Assembly (NCBI GenBank): GCA_965226625.1
Contig: CBDDDK010000001.1
Location: 36,910-100,909, forward strand
Origin: Longimicrobiales bacterium
GTDB taxonomy: Bacteria; Gemmatimonadota; Gemmatimonadetes; Longimicrobiales; Gaopeijiaceae
Reading direction: 5' to 3'
DNA: 64,000 nt
Shown: positions 50,143 through 59,545 of the stretch, in pieces
How the letters are laid out: every line of letters starts with the position of its first letter
Numbering within the stretch: the first letter of the stretch is position 1
Translations under genes and position numbers: made by a program
Notes under the pieces: model-generated
The model's input: only the letters and a program-made list of their open reading frames with translations
Told to the model about the DNA's origin: nothing
The model's database searches: none

Positions 50143-50824
50143 CTACTCCGGGTTTCTGATCTCTATCTTTACGATGCGGTGAGACGGCCAGTGCGCCCAC
50201 CCGGCATCACCCTGTTTCTCGATGGCGCCCTGCTTGGCGACTCCCCACGCCTGACTACCGATGTCGCTGCCAGCGATCGGCTCGACTGGGAAGCTGTGCG
50301 CTGTCGCTGGCCCGAATCATCGAGGACACGGCCCCAGCGGTGGATGGCCCGAACGGTCTGGGCGGAAAGTGCTCACGAGCCGCAGGACACTTCACGCCGC
50401 TAACGTCGCAGCCGCAGCGGAGCGCGACCGGGCTCATGGGGCCACCTCCTCGCACTCGGCGGCAACTGTATGCCGCTCAGCCTAGGCGACGAGCCTGTCC
50501 GCGCTTGCCCTGACCGCCACGACGATCCAGTACTGACGGTCGTTCATGAACATGACTGCCGATGGGTCCTCCGCAGCGTGCTCGGCCGCAAGGATCAGCG
50601 CGGGGGCGAAAGTGGACGATCTGGGGGCGCGGTTGAGCGGCAATTGCGCGGTTCGAGCGCCCTGGCGGGACGGCACAATCGCGGCACAGTCGGCTGAGGG
50701 TTCAATCATCATGCGGGTCCTAGGTGGGCCGCGGGATGTGAAGTCCCCTGCGTTTTGCGGTTTGCCCTGCCAGGGCGTCGTCGGACGACCTGACGAAGCC
50801 TTCCGCGACTGCAGCAACCGCTTC

Positions 50825-51517
50825 TTAGGCGGATCCGCCGCGACGGTGGCCTTCGTTCGACGCAGTCAACTCCATTGCGATGGTCTCATGGGCTCCCTCC
50901 ACGGCAAGCTCCAGTGGAGTACGCCCTTCGTCGTCGGTTGCTGTGAGGTCCGCACCCTGCTCGACTAGGGCGCGGACCGCGTCCAGGTCTCCGCGACGGA
51001 CGGCACCGAACATGTTTCGAGTGGCCTTCGCTGCACGACGAAGACTGCCGTCCGCCTGCCGCTCGGCCTCTGCAAGCGCCCGTGCGTTCCGGCGTGCTCC
51101 AGCCGCCGCACGACGCGCTTCAAGCTCGGTCTGTGACCTAGCGCCGAGATTCGACGTACCATACGGCGCGAAGTCGTTGGAGGTATGGCCCAGTATCTAA
51201 TCAGCCAGATCGTCCGCTGGAACTCCAGGCCGAGCGGAGTATGCTCGAAAAAGCCAGATGACGGGTGAAACGCTGCCTCCACCCCACCCAGTGACAGATT
51301 CTTCGGCGAGTGTCAACAGGCGAATGACGGCAGCCAAGTCATCGCCTGAAAGACCACGCGCCGCTTCGGTCCAATCTTCACGCCACGCCCGAGTGATGGA
51401 GCCAGTCGCAAGCGAAGGTGAACCCTCAAACAGGCGGCGCAGCATCTTCAGCGGGTCGGAATCTCTGGCAGCCTGAAGTAGGTCGGGCAGTGCATCTTCC
51501 ACCGTCACATTCATCAT
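50825..51517 (-). pseudogene. Hypothetical protein continuing in-frame through a TAG into a coiled-coil plus ankyrin-repeat C-terminus
   Basis: Track ORFs 51197..51541 and 50825..51013 share a frame. TAG at 51197-51199 sits in ...RPGVPADDLAD*ILGHTSNDFAPYGTSNLGARSQTELEARRAAAG...RNMFGAVRRGDLDAVRALVEQGADLTATDDEGRTPLELAVEGAHE (ankyrin consensus). There is no ATG between the TAG and MFGAV. Confidence 0.45.
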
Positions 51518-51556
51518 TGGGTACCGCCTCGAAAGTGCCAAGCGTCGATCGCACCG

Positions 51557-51598
51557 CCTAACGTCTCGCGATTCTGCTGCGCGGCTAATGTGGTGACC
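51557..51598 (-). promoter_or_regulatory. Conserved 42-nt promoter-like element, copy A
   Basis: Minus strand: GGTCACCACATTAGCCGCGCAGCAGAATCGCGAGACGTTAGG, 40 nt upstream of ATG 51517. Near-identical copies are at 52252-52294 and 61100-61141. Confidence 0.4.
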
Positions 51599-51687
51599 GC
51601 AAGCGTAGCGCGCGAGCGGGATGCCACGCGTGCCAGTAGCAATCGCTGGTTAGAGAGCCCGCGCCCCTCGATCCCGGCCGAAAGCGA

Positions 51688-52188
51688 TTACAGCGTTTCC
51701 CGCCACTCTGCGTCGGGCATACGAGGGGCAGGTTGTTGCTCCCCGACATTGGACGGATTGATGTCGGCAGAGACGAAGTTCTCGGGGGGTACCGGAGAGC
51801 CGTGCAGCCGACGCAGCATCGCGAGCTGGCCTGAGTGGGTCATCGCGTCGGACAACGGCCCCTGAAGGAGGCGCTCGGGGGTAACGTCGGAGAGCGGGTC
51901 GTCGTTCTCAAGGTGATCGACGAGGTCACCTAGCATCGCATGGAATCGTCCCACCTCCTCCTCAAGGGTCTTGAGCGGCTCGGGACGGTGGCGTCCCCCA
52001 CGAAAGAACGTGCGTGCGTGGCCGAGGACGCTGGTCATGTGTCGAACCAACTCCTTGGGCGTTCGGACATTGTTCCCAGCGTCGAAGTCAGCGAAATCGC
52101 CCGGTGCGTCCCTCAGTGCCTTCTGCGTACGATAAGCCAGCGCCGCTAGAAAGTGGCGGAGCATTCCCCCTTTTTCGTCGCCAGGCAT
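51688..52188 (-). CDS. DinB-superfamily (DinB_2-like) four-helix-bundle protein
   Basis: 166 aa. HFLAALAYRTQKAL, ELVRHMTSVLGH and LSDAMTHSGQLAMLRRL give the spaced His pattern typical of DinB-like proteins. Confidence 0.6.
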   Translation of the reverse strand: MPGDEKGGMLRHFLAALAYRTQKALRDAPGDFADFDAGNNVRTPKELVRHMTSVLGHARTFFRGGRHRPEPLKTLEEEVGRFHAMLGDLVDHLENDDPLSDVTPERLLQGPLSDAMTHSGQLAMLRRLHGSPVPPENFVSADINPSNVGEQQPAPRMPDAEWRETL

Positions 52189-52251
52189 TACTCCCCCTCA
52201 CTAGGTCAGGAGTGGTGAAAATCGAAGCATGGGAAGCTAAGGTGACAGGGC

Positions 52252-52294
52252 TCTCTAACGTCTCGCGATTCTACTGCGCGGCCAATCTGGTCAC
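52252..52294 (-). promoter_or_regulatory. Conserved 42-nt promoter-like element, copy B
   Basis: Minus strand: GGTGACCAGATTGGCCGCGCAGTAGAATCGCGAGACGTTAGAG, 64 nt upstream of the DinB-like start. Contains GTGACC-N16-TAGAAT. Confidence 0.4.
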
Positions 52295-52626
52295 CGAGCG
52301 CGGCACGCGCGAGCCACCAGCTCCACTCGCGACTACATGTTCATGGTCACGCCGGATCAAGGAGATGCGATGCCTATCCGAGCTACGCGTTGATTCTAGG
52401 GTGCGATACAATATCTTAGCCAAGACTAACTTAGGTACGCGTAAATCTTTAATTAGTCTGCACTATTTGCATCGTAGCGTAGATAGCGAGCTGGACATGG
52501 CCGACGACACAACGCTCTCGCGGTCCCATGAGGACTACCTCAAGGTCATCTACGACCTCCAGGCTCGGTTCGGTGTCGCGCAGACCAACGCTATCGCCAA
52601 AGTGCTGAACCTCACGCCCCCATCTG

Positions 52627-53974
52627 TGTACCGGTTCCGGTTTCCTGGACAAGTCGGCGGCCTAATCATGCCGCCTTCAGGGTGAGCTCCTGACGGACCT
52701 GGGCCGGGGTCCGATACCCGTGCCGCTCCAGGAGCCACCCGCGGTTGTAGCGTTCGATGAACGCATCGATCTCCTGCCTGGCCTCCTCGAGGCTCTCGAA
52801 GTCGTGGAGGTACAGGCACTCTTCCTTCAGCGTCCGCATGAAGCGTTCCGCGACGCCGTTGCACTCCGGCTCTCCTACGTACGAGGCCGTCGAGCGGATC
52901 CCGAGCCAGGCCAGCTCTCCTTGGAACTGATGGGCGGTGTACTGAGGGCCCCAGTCGTGCCGTAGGCCGAGCCCCAGAGCGATCTTGGGCGCGTAGCCGT
53001 CCATGTGGGTTCGTACACCCTGGCGGATCGGCTCGAGCGCTGCCCACCGATCGCCCTTCTTCGCCACGTGCCAGCCCACCACGTCTGTGACGCAGTGATC
53101 CACCGCCACGAAGAACCAGCACCACCCATCCTCCTTCGTGTAGAACCGCGTCGCGTCCGTACCCCACAGCTCGTTCGGCACATCCGTCGTGATCCGGCCG
53201 CTGTGGCTCCGGTCCCCACGCGGGTGCTTTCCGCGCCGTACGGGGGCCAGCAGCCCATTCTCCCGCATCAGCCGCAGCACGCGGTTCTTGCCCACACCGA
53301 TCCCCTTGGCTCTCAGACGGGCCCGGACCTTCCGATGGCCTTCGCCCAGGAAGTCGCTCTCCTTCAGCACCTGTCGGATCTCCTCCACCAACTCCTCGTC
53401 GCTCAGCTTCGTCTTCGGTCCTCGCTTCTTCAGCCCTGCCGGCCCGTCGCTCTCTTCTCGATCTCGGGCCGCGTAGACCGTCGAGCGCCCCACCCGCCAG
53501 ACCTCGCAGATCATCGTCAGAGGGTAGAGCCGCCCTGTCCCCGGACTCACCCGCGTCCGCGCTTCAAGAGCTTCTCCAGCTCGTCCCCGTACCCCCTTTT
53601 TTCCAAGAGTTCTCTCGCAAGCTCCAGTCGCATCGTCAACTCTCCCAGCTTCGCCCGGGTCCGGGTCAGCTCCCGTTCTCCAGGGTCTCGGCCCCGGCGT
53701 CTCAGTCCCTGCTGACCGGTCTCCAGGAACACCCGCCGCCATTCCTCCAGCTCCGGCGGTGAGACCTGTACCTCGCGGCTGACCTCCACCAGGTCCTCAC
53801 CCCGTAGCAGGCGCAGCACCACCTCCGTTTTCTGCTGGGCACTCCACCGCTCGGGTACCTTCTCACGACCTTCGGTCGCCTTGTTCTCCCTCGGCTTCTG
53901 GGCCATCACGTCCCTTTCTCTCTGGACCCGCTGTCTTTGCCAATCTACTGTCCAGAGAAATCGGGGGCGCTAAA
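52627..53974 (-). mobile_element. IS3-family insertion sequence (1348 bp), copy 1
   Basis: Appears sequence-identical to 61843-63190 in inverted orientation (encoded proteins identical; ends compared by eye). Ends TTTAGCGCCCCCGATTTCTCTGGACAG...CTTGTCCAGGAAACCGGAACCGGTACA form imperfect IRs. Flanked by a 3-bp direct repeat CTG (52624-52626 and 53975-53977). Confidence 0.85.
52666..53909 (-). CDS. IS3-family transposase OrfA/OrfAB (HTH plus DDE rve core)
   Basis: orfA is 53547-53909. The orfB frame (-1) runs down to 52666 with HSGRITTDVPNELWGTDATRF..FFVAVDHCVTDVVGW..HDWGPQY..ECNGVAERFMRTLKEE. An A6G run (53596-53601 on plus as T6) in the overlap is a candidate -1 slippery site. Confidence 0.85.
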
Positions 53975-54058
53975 CTGTGAGCCAAATGGTTACAAGGCTT
54001 TGGAGTGAACCCCCGAGGGTGGACAGTGGGGGTTGGCTGGATTGACCGGTTGAGGGTT

Positions 54059-54854
54059 TCAGGCTGCATACACACTCTCGAATTCCTCAGGCGGCCTGTA
54101 GCCGAGGGAGGAGTGCAAGCGTCTTCGATTGTATACCTCCTCAAGGAAGTGGGGGAGTCGGTTGGTTAGGTCATCAATCGTGCTGTAGTCGTTTGCGAAG
54201 ATCTCCTCGTGCTTCAGAGTTTTGAAGAAGCTCTCGACGTGCGCGTTGTCATAGGGGATTTCCCCGCCGGGACATCGATCCTCGGATACCGTGGGCGGCG
54301 AGGCGTGAGCCGTAGGCTCGAGACGCATACTGGACCCCGCGATCGGAGTGGTGAACCAGGCCAGCCCGCGGCTGCCGAAGATCGAGTGCGGCGTCGAGTG
54401 CGGCTAGGCAAAGACGCGTGTCCAGGAGATGGCTGATGGCATAGCCGATGACTCTGCGCGACCACGCGTCGAGCACGACGGCGAGGAAGACGAATCCGGT
54501 GGTGAGCCGGATGTAGGTGAGATCTGCCACCCAGAGCTCGTCGGGCCCCTCAGGAGTGATCGACGATCTCAGGTTCGGGTAGATGGGCTGCTTGTGATCG
54601 CTGTTCGTCGTAGCGAGCCATGCGCGTACCCGGTGGGGCGTGAGCGCATGCTCACGCATGACACGCGCGACTCGCTTGTGATTAATCACCAGGCCACGTC
54701 TCCGGAGCTCGTGCGTGACCCGTCGGTATCCGTAGGCGGGGAACTCGGCCAGGATGTCTTCGATCCGAACGCGCAGATCCGTATCGGCCTTCTCCCTGGC
54801 TGCCCGGTGGCCCGCATGCGGTCTCTTGTAGAAGGTGCTCCTCGCCATGTTCAT
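54059..54854 (-). pseudogene. IS3-family OrfB (rve integrase core) with a frameshift in a C4 run
   Basis: ...HHSDRGVQYASRAYGSRLAAHGIRGSMSRRGNPL* (ORF 54249..54854) continues in another frame as (I)PYDNAHVESFFKTLKHEEIF...LGYRPPEEFE (ORF 54059..54328). The junction GGAAATCCCCTATGAC sits at about 54255-54270. Confidence 0.7.
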
Positions 54855-55243
54855 GAGGCTACATCCCCGTCGGATGGGGACGCCCCTGGACCGGAGATGA
54901 TCGACGGCAGCGCGCCTTGCTGCGAGGGTCGTATCAACGCCCTTTTTTTCATGACGTCGAGCTCCATCGTCAGCTGACCGATCTTGCGCTCAAGCGCCGC
55001 AATCTTTGCCCCGTACTCGACAACCTCCTCCTGGAGGTGGATCTCCCTTGTGAGATCCCCTGCTTCGTACTTCTTGATCCAGACCATCAGCAGGGAGTGG
55101 GGGACCTCGTGTCGTGTCGCAATCGACCTCGCGCTGCCTTCTCCGTCCAGATAGGCTTGGACGAGCTGGATCTTGAACTCTGTGCTGTACCTCCTGTGGC
55201 GTCGAACCGTCATTGATCCTCCCGGGTGATTACGGAAGGTCAA
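54851..55243 (-). CDS. IS3-family transposase OrfA (HTH)
   Basis: RRHRRYSTEFKIQLVQAYLDGEGSARSIATRHEVPHSLLMVWIKKYEAG plus a leucine-zipper-like segment. ATGA overlap with the orfB start. Confidence 0.8.
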   Translation of the reverse strand: MTFRNHPGGSMTVRRHRRYSTEFKIQLVQAYLDGEGSARSIATRHEVPHSLLMVWIKKYEAGDLTREIHLQEEVVEYGAKIAALERKIGQLTMELDVMKKRALIRPSQQGALPSIISGPGASPSDGDVAS

Positions 55244-55823
55244 TCCATCGCCCTCTCTGTGTCTACTTTTAGGGGTTCACTCCAGCTTGCTGAACTGAGA
55301 TTGGTCGACCATACGCGGAATCGCGGGGTGCGCCTGACGAAGTCCGGACGCAAAGCGGCGTTACAGGTGCTTCGATGTCACCGCATCATCGAGACGTACC
55401 TGATCGAAAAGCTCGGGTACGAGTGGGACAGCGTCCACGTCGAGGCGGACCGCCTCGAGCACGCTCCGTCGGATGAGCTCGTGGAGGCTATGGCGCGTGC
55501 CGTGGGGAATCCGCGATACGATCCTCACGGCGCGCCGATTCCCACCTCGGCGGGGGATCTGGAACAGCCCGACGTCGTTCTGATGACGGAGCTTTCGGTT
55601 GGTGCTGCTGGCGAGCTTCGGATGGTGGGCGATCACGACGCGAAGCGTCTGCGGTTTCTGGCTTCGCTCGGGCTGAAGCCGGGAATGCGCTTCAAGGTGT
55701 TGGCGCGCCAGCCGTTTCAGGGCCCCCTCACGCTGCGGGTCGAAGGTACGGACCAACGCGAGCAGGTGGTCGGGTTCGAGTTAGCCAACTCGCTCGCGTG
55801 TACGACACTGGAGGAGTAGCGCC

Positions 55824-56828
55824 ATGAGAGGTCGACGTACGATGACTCGTCGCGAACTGTTGACGGGGAGTGCCCTCGGAGTTGCTGGGGCGGCCGCCAC
55901 CGCGAAGGTCGTGGGTGCCGGGGAAAAGCTGGCGCAGCTCGAGCCACCGCATGATCCCGACAGTGCCGGCACGGTTGGCGCCGTCACCGATGTCTCGTTG
56001 GATCCGGTGGCATTTCTCGAAGAGTTCGATTTCGGACAGGTGTCCACCCTTCCGGGCGGCCAAACGTTGTGCAGGTTCGAGATCCGCGCGGTCAATCGCG
56101 AGATCGAGATTGCGCCGGGTGTCTTCTTTCCGGCGTGGACGTATAACGGACAAGTGCCGGGGCCGACTCTCCGAGCCACGGAGGGAGATCTGGTCCGCGT
56201 GCGGTTTCACAACCGGAGCCCGCACCCGCACACGATTCATTTTCACGGCATTCACCCGGCGAATATGGATGGCGTGTTCGAAGTGGTTCAGCCCGGTGAG
56301 ACCTTCGTGTACGAGTGCGTCGCCAGGCCGTTCGGACTGCATCTGTACCACTGTCATACGATTCCCATTCGCAAGCACATCGCCAAGGGGTTGTACTGGA
56401 CCTTCATCATCGATCCGAAGGATGGGCGTCCGCCGGCGCGTGAGATGGTGATGGTGATGAATGGGTTCGACACGAATTTTGACGGCGAAAACGAGGTGTA
56501 TGCCGTCAACACGGTGGCGTTCGCCTATCAACGGAATCCCATCGTAGTCCAAAAGGGTGAGTTGCAGCGCGTTTATCTCGTGAACACGCTGGAGTTCGAT
56601 CCGGTCAATTCGCTTCACCTGCACGGGCAGCTGTTCCATGTGTACCGGACCGGCACGAGTCTGCAGCCGGCTGACTACACGGACACGATCATGATGTGCC
56701 AGGGTGAGCGGCACGTGCTGGAGTTTACGTTCGACGAGCCCGGACTATTCATGTTCCACGCTCACCAATCTGAATTCACCGAGCTGGGGTGGATGGGTCT
56801 GTTCAACGTCGTTGACGTGCTCGCATGA
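55824..56828 (+). CDS. Tat-secreted two-domain multicopper oxidase (NirK/SLAC-like cupredoxin protein)
   Basis: Twin-arginine signal MRGRRTMTRRELLTGSALGVAGAAATA. Copper-ligand blocks HPHTIHFHGIH, HLYHCHTIPIRKH, SLHLHG and FMFHAHQSEF. Confidence 0.8.
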   Translation: MRGRRTMTRRELLTGSALGVAGAAATAKVVGAGEKLAQLEPPHDPDSAGTVGAVTDVSLDPVAFLEEFDFGQVSTLPGGQTLCRFEIRAVNREIEIAPGVFFPAWTYNGQVPGPTLRATEGDLVRVRFHNRSPHPHTIHFHGIHPANMDGVFEVVQPGETFVYECVARPFGLHLYHCHTIPIRKHIAKGLYWTFIIDPKDGRPPAREMVMVMNGFDTNFDGENEVYAVNTVAFAYQRNPIVVQKGELQRVYLVNTLEFDPVNSLHLHGQLFHVYRTGTSLQPADYTDTIMMCQGERHVLEFTFDEPGLFMFHAHQSEFTELGWMGLFNVVDVLA

Positions 56829-57988
56829 CGGGCTCCAAAGCTGCGTTAGTCGGTTGGGGGCTCCTGCCCATCGTGCTGCTGACGGTCGTGGCCGTCATAA
56901 TGACCAAAATCCGTCTGCTGGAGGTTCTCCGGACCGCCCCGCCGGTGGAAGAGATCGCCTTTGAGCGAGTGAGCCTGGCGCCGGGCGAGATCACGCTTCA
57001 AGTCGCGAATGCGGGCCCTGATCCTGTGACGATCGCGCAGCTGACCGTCGACAACGCGTTCTGAAATTTTTCGATTGTCCCTTCGGCAATGATCCCACGC
57101 CTAGGGAGGGCCACGATCACGATTCCCTACCCATGGGTTGAGGAGGAGGCTTACGAGGTCGCATTACTCAGCTCGACCGGCGTGACGTTCTCCTACGAGA
57201 TTCCGGTTGCGATGGTCACCCCGAGTCCCGGACCGGCTTTCTTTGGAATCTTTGCCGTCATCGGTGCTCTGGTCGGCGTCATCCCCGTAGCGCTCGGTCT
57301 TCTGTGGCTTCCGTTTGTGCGGCACCTAGAACAGAAATGGATTCATTTTGCCCTCGCGCTGACCGCCGGGCTGTTGGTCTTCCTTGGCATCGATGCTTTG
57401 GAAGGGACCCTGGAGGCCGCCGCCCAGGTCGGCAGTGCGTACTAGGGGACGCTGGTTGCGCTCATGGGTGTGGTGGGAACCATGCTGTTCCTGCAAGTCC
57501 TGACGCGACGTCGGCTCCACAAGGAAGGCGCCCCAGGTCGTATGGCAGTGGCATTCTTGGTGGCCGTCGGCATCGGGCTTCACAACCTCGGAGAAGGGCT
57601 GGCGATCGGAGCGGCGTATGCGCTGGGCGAGGCTAACCTCAGCGCGTTTCTCATCGTCGGGTTCATGCTGCACAACACCACTGAGGGCCTGGCGATCATC
57701 TCGCCCATCGCCAAGGACCGTCCCACTCTGCGAGCGCTGATGAGTTTGGGGTTGGTCGCCGGCGTGCCAACGATTGCGGGGGCCTGGTTGGGTGGCATGG
57801 CCTACTCGCCATTGTGGGCCACGCTGTTCCTGAGCATTGGCGTCGGCGCGATCGTGCAGGTCGTGGTCGCGTTATACAAGATGGTGGCGCGCCAAAGCCC
57901 CGAGACAGTATGGACGCCGTTAACGGCCGGCGGCCTGATGGCCGGTCTCGTCGTCATGTACACCACGGGGCTGTTCATCGCTTTGTGA
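56825..57988 (+). pseudogene. ZIP-family metal transporter with an N-terminal extension; two in-frame stops
   Basis: Track ORFs 56825..57064, 57089..57445 and 57464..57988 are all in one frame. TGA 57062-57064 (..LTVDNAF*NFSIVPSAMIPRLGRATITIPYPWVEEE..) and TAG 57443-57445 (..AAAQVGSAY*GTLVALMGVVG..) interrupt it. The ZIP core motifs HNLGEGLAIG and LHNTTEGLAI lie in the last part. ATGA overlap with the oxidase stop. Confidence 0.65.
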
Positions 57989-58028
57989 TGCGCCAGCGGC
58001 ACCCCAACAGAGTGCGGGTTCAGCCCGG

Positions 58029-58214
58029 ATGTGCATGAATACCAACACTCACGTTCAATTGATGGACACCACGCTGCAGGACGGCGAGCAGACCCGCAAC
58101 GTGTCGTTCTCCACGTCAGAAAAGGTCAGTATCGCCAAGGCGTTGCCCTGGAAGCGGCTGCTCAGCTCCAAAGCAAGATGGCCCGCGTCGTCGACCTGGC
58201 GTCGCGCGAGTTAG
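58029..58214 (+). pseudogene. Remnant of a citramalate/isopropylmalate/homocitrate synthase (HMGL-like) gene, N-terminal ~35 codons only
   Basis: VQLMDTTLQDGEQTRNVSFSTSEKVSIAKAL matches the family N-terminal DTTLRDGEQ block, and homology is then lost. Confidence 0.4.
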
Positions 58215-58273
58215 GTCGTTAGCCCCCTCCATTGCCGACCCGCATCCCGCGCCGCAGGCGCAGTCACAAGCCC

Positions 58274-58345
58274 CTACAGCAACACCAACGGCAGCCCCAC
58301 CGCGAACAGCCCGCTCACTATGCTCGGGTTCACAAAGCCCATCGA
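58274..58345 (-). repeat. Repeat copy 1: 5-prime stub resembling a BatA_N (aerotolerance-regulator N-terminal) gene start
   Basis: The minus strand encodes MGFVNPSIVSGLFAVGLPLVLL*. About 80 percent identical over about 72 nt to 59729-59801. Confidence 0.5.
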
Positions 58346-58500
58346 GTGAGAAGGGGAGGACCGGCTCTGGGGGTGTGCGACAAAGTGTGCGAGGTCAGAT
58401 ACACGAGTCCCGTGACCGGCCAATCGCACCGATCACGGGAATCGTGGAAACTCGCGGGCTCTCTACCGGAAACCGTGAATCTCAGACCCCTCTGTACGCG

Positions 58501-58541
58501 CTTGTAAGGCAGGTGCTCTAACCAAGCTGAGCTAAGCGCCC
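58501..58541 (-). pseudogene. tRNA-Val(UAC) 5-prime half (truncated after the anticodon loop)
   Basis: Minus strand: GGGCGCT TA GCTC AGCTTGGTTA GAGC A CCTGC CTTACAA G. This gives the acceptor 5-prime strand, a complete D-arm, the 5-prime anticodon stem and the loop with TAC. The following bases (AGCGC...) do not pair, and no T-arm follows. Confidence 0.6.
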
Positions 58542-58544
58542 TGA

Positions 58545-59545
58545 GGTGTTTCTTCCTGTCGCTGCACCATTCCTAGCGCAATCCTCAGCCACCAGAATGT
58601 CGTGACCAGTACGGACCAGGAAATCGTGTGTCAGCTCTTGTACCGCTCGGTCGTCCCCTACCAGCAGCGCGGGTTTTGCTGTGCTGAAGCGGACGCCCCA
58701 CTCCGTCGTCGAACGTGGCCTCTGGCTCCGCCTCCGTTCGCGGGAAGTAGACCTCGAATGTGGTGCCCTCGCCCTCCTGGCTACGGACTCGGACGTAGCC
58801 ACCGCTCTGCTTGACGATGCCGTATACCGTAGCCAGACCGAGTCCCGTATCGCGTCCCCCCTCCTTAGGTGGTGAAGAAGGGCTGAAAGATCCGAGAGCG
58901 GGTTACCTCGTCCATTCCCGTTCCCGTATCGCGGGTCGCCAGCAGCACGTGTGGACCGACGTTGGCGCCGCCATTCTCCAGGGCGAAGTCCTCGGTCAGC
59001 TCAGCGTTGAGCACCTCGATGGTGAGCTTCCCGCCGTCGGGCATCGCTTCACGGGCGTTGATTGCCGGGTTCAAGATCACCTGCTCGACCTGGTGTCGAT
59101 CGACTCTGACTTTGCCCAGTCGCGTCGCCAGATTCGCGGTCAGGGTGATATTCTCGGGAATCAGGCGGCTCACCACTCCCTCGACGCCGGATACGATATC
59201 GCGCAGGTCCAGCACCTCGGCTTTCAGGATGCCCCGGAACCTGCTCTCACTCCGCTGTAGCACCTCCTTCTGCCATTTTCGCACACTCGGGTCCCGCATC
59301 GTGCTCACGAACCCCGCCTTCCCGTAGAACGCACAAATTCCAATCACGAGCACGACGATCACACCACGCATCCACCATTCGACCGGCTCGGGAGCCAGCA
59401 AAGATTCCTCAAAGCTCGGCGCGCCGAACAGCAAAGCGTCCACGGCGGAGTCGGAAATCCAGAAGAGAACCGCCAGCCCGACACCGAACAACCACCCTAG
59501 GTTGGCGAGAACGCGCCGACGGATCTCCGCCGCCTTAGCCATCAA
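58545..59545 (-). pseudogene. Decayed hybrid sensor histidine kinase (TM region, HATPase_c, partial receiver)
   Basis: ORF 58865..59545 has 2 TM segments, no recognisable H-box, then ..[56 protein letters not shown]. After a shift at about 58866 it continues [43 protein letters not shown]. After another shift (about 58690) comes the receiver start [32 protein letters not shown], which is cut off at the tRNA fragment. Confidence 0.6.

Larger units (their letters stand above)
54001..55284 (-). mobile_element. Second, different IS3-family insertion sequence (1284 bp)
   Basis: Terminal inverted repeats TGGAGTGAACCCC (54001-54013) and GGGGTTCACTCCA (55272-55284). Flanked by a 4-bp direct repeat GCTT (53997-54000 and 55285-55288). 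Confidence 0.85.
52497..55819 (+). pseudogene. DtxR/MntR-family metal-dependent repressor, split by two IS insertions
   Basis: Joining 52497-52626, 53978-54000 and 55289-55819 (one copy of each target duplication removed) gives an uninterrupted 227-aa ORF: MADDTTLSRSHEDYLKVIYDLQARFGVAQTNAIAKVLNLTPPSVSQMVTRLAELRLVDHTRNRGVRLTKSGRKAALQVLRCHRIIETYL...HGAPIP... It ends in a FeoA/SH3-like C-terminus. Confidence 0.8.

Noticed and set aside
50143-50820. Possible small genes between higA and the ankyrin gene, such as 50482..50817(-) ending ..MFMNDRQYWIVVAVRASADRLVA, and a minus-strand frame ending ..AKQGAIEKQGDAGWAHWPSHRIVKIEIRNPE
   Set aside because: I recognised no family. The starts are unclear, and one frame has no start codon at all. 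They may be further decayed fragments, so I left them uncalled rather than guess.
9841-57445. Amber (TAG) reassignment or pyrrolysine-type recoding as the explanation for four in-frame TAG codons
   Set aside because: TAG also terminates well-delimited genes here at their expected C-termini, for example 9090-9092, 20627-20629, 21549-21551, 23999-24001 and 3027-3029. One of the in-frame stops is TGA, and frameshifts co-occur. No pyl genes or suppressor tRNA are visible in the window. Pseudogenisation or sequence error is simpler.
58200-58541. The idea that the tRNA-Val 5-prime half is exon 1 of an intron-containing tRNA (group I intron after the anticodon loop)
   Set aside because: No 3-prime exon (anticodon-stem complement GCAGG, a GGTTCGA-type T-arm, or the acceptor complement AGCGCCC) appears in the next roughly 350 nt on that strand. 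I could not recognise group I core elements by eye.
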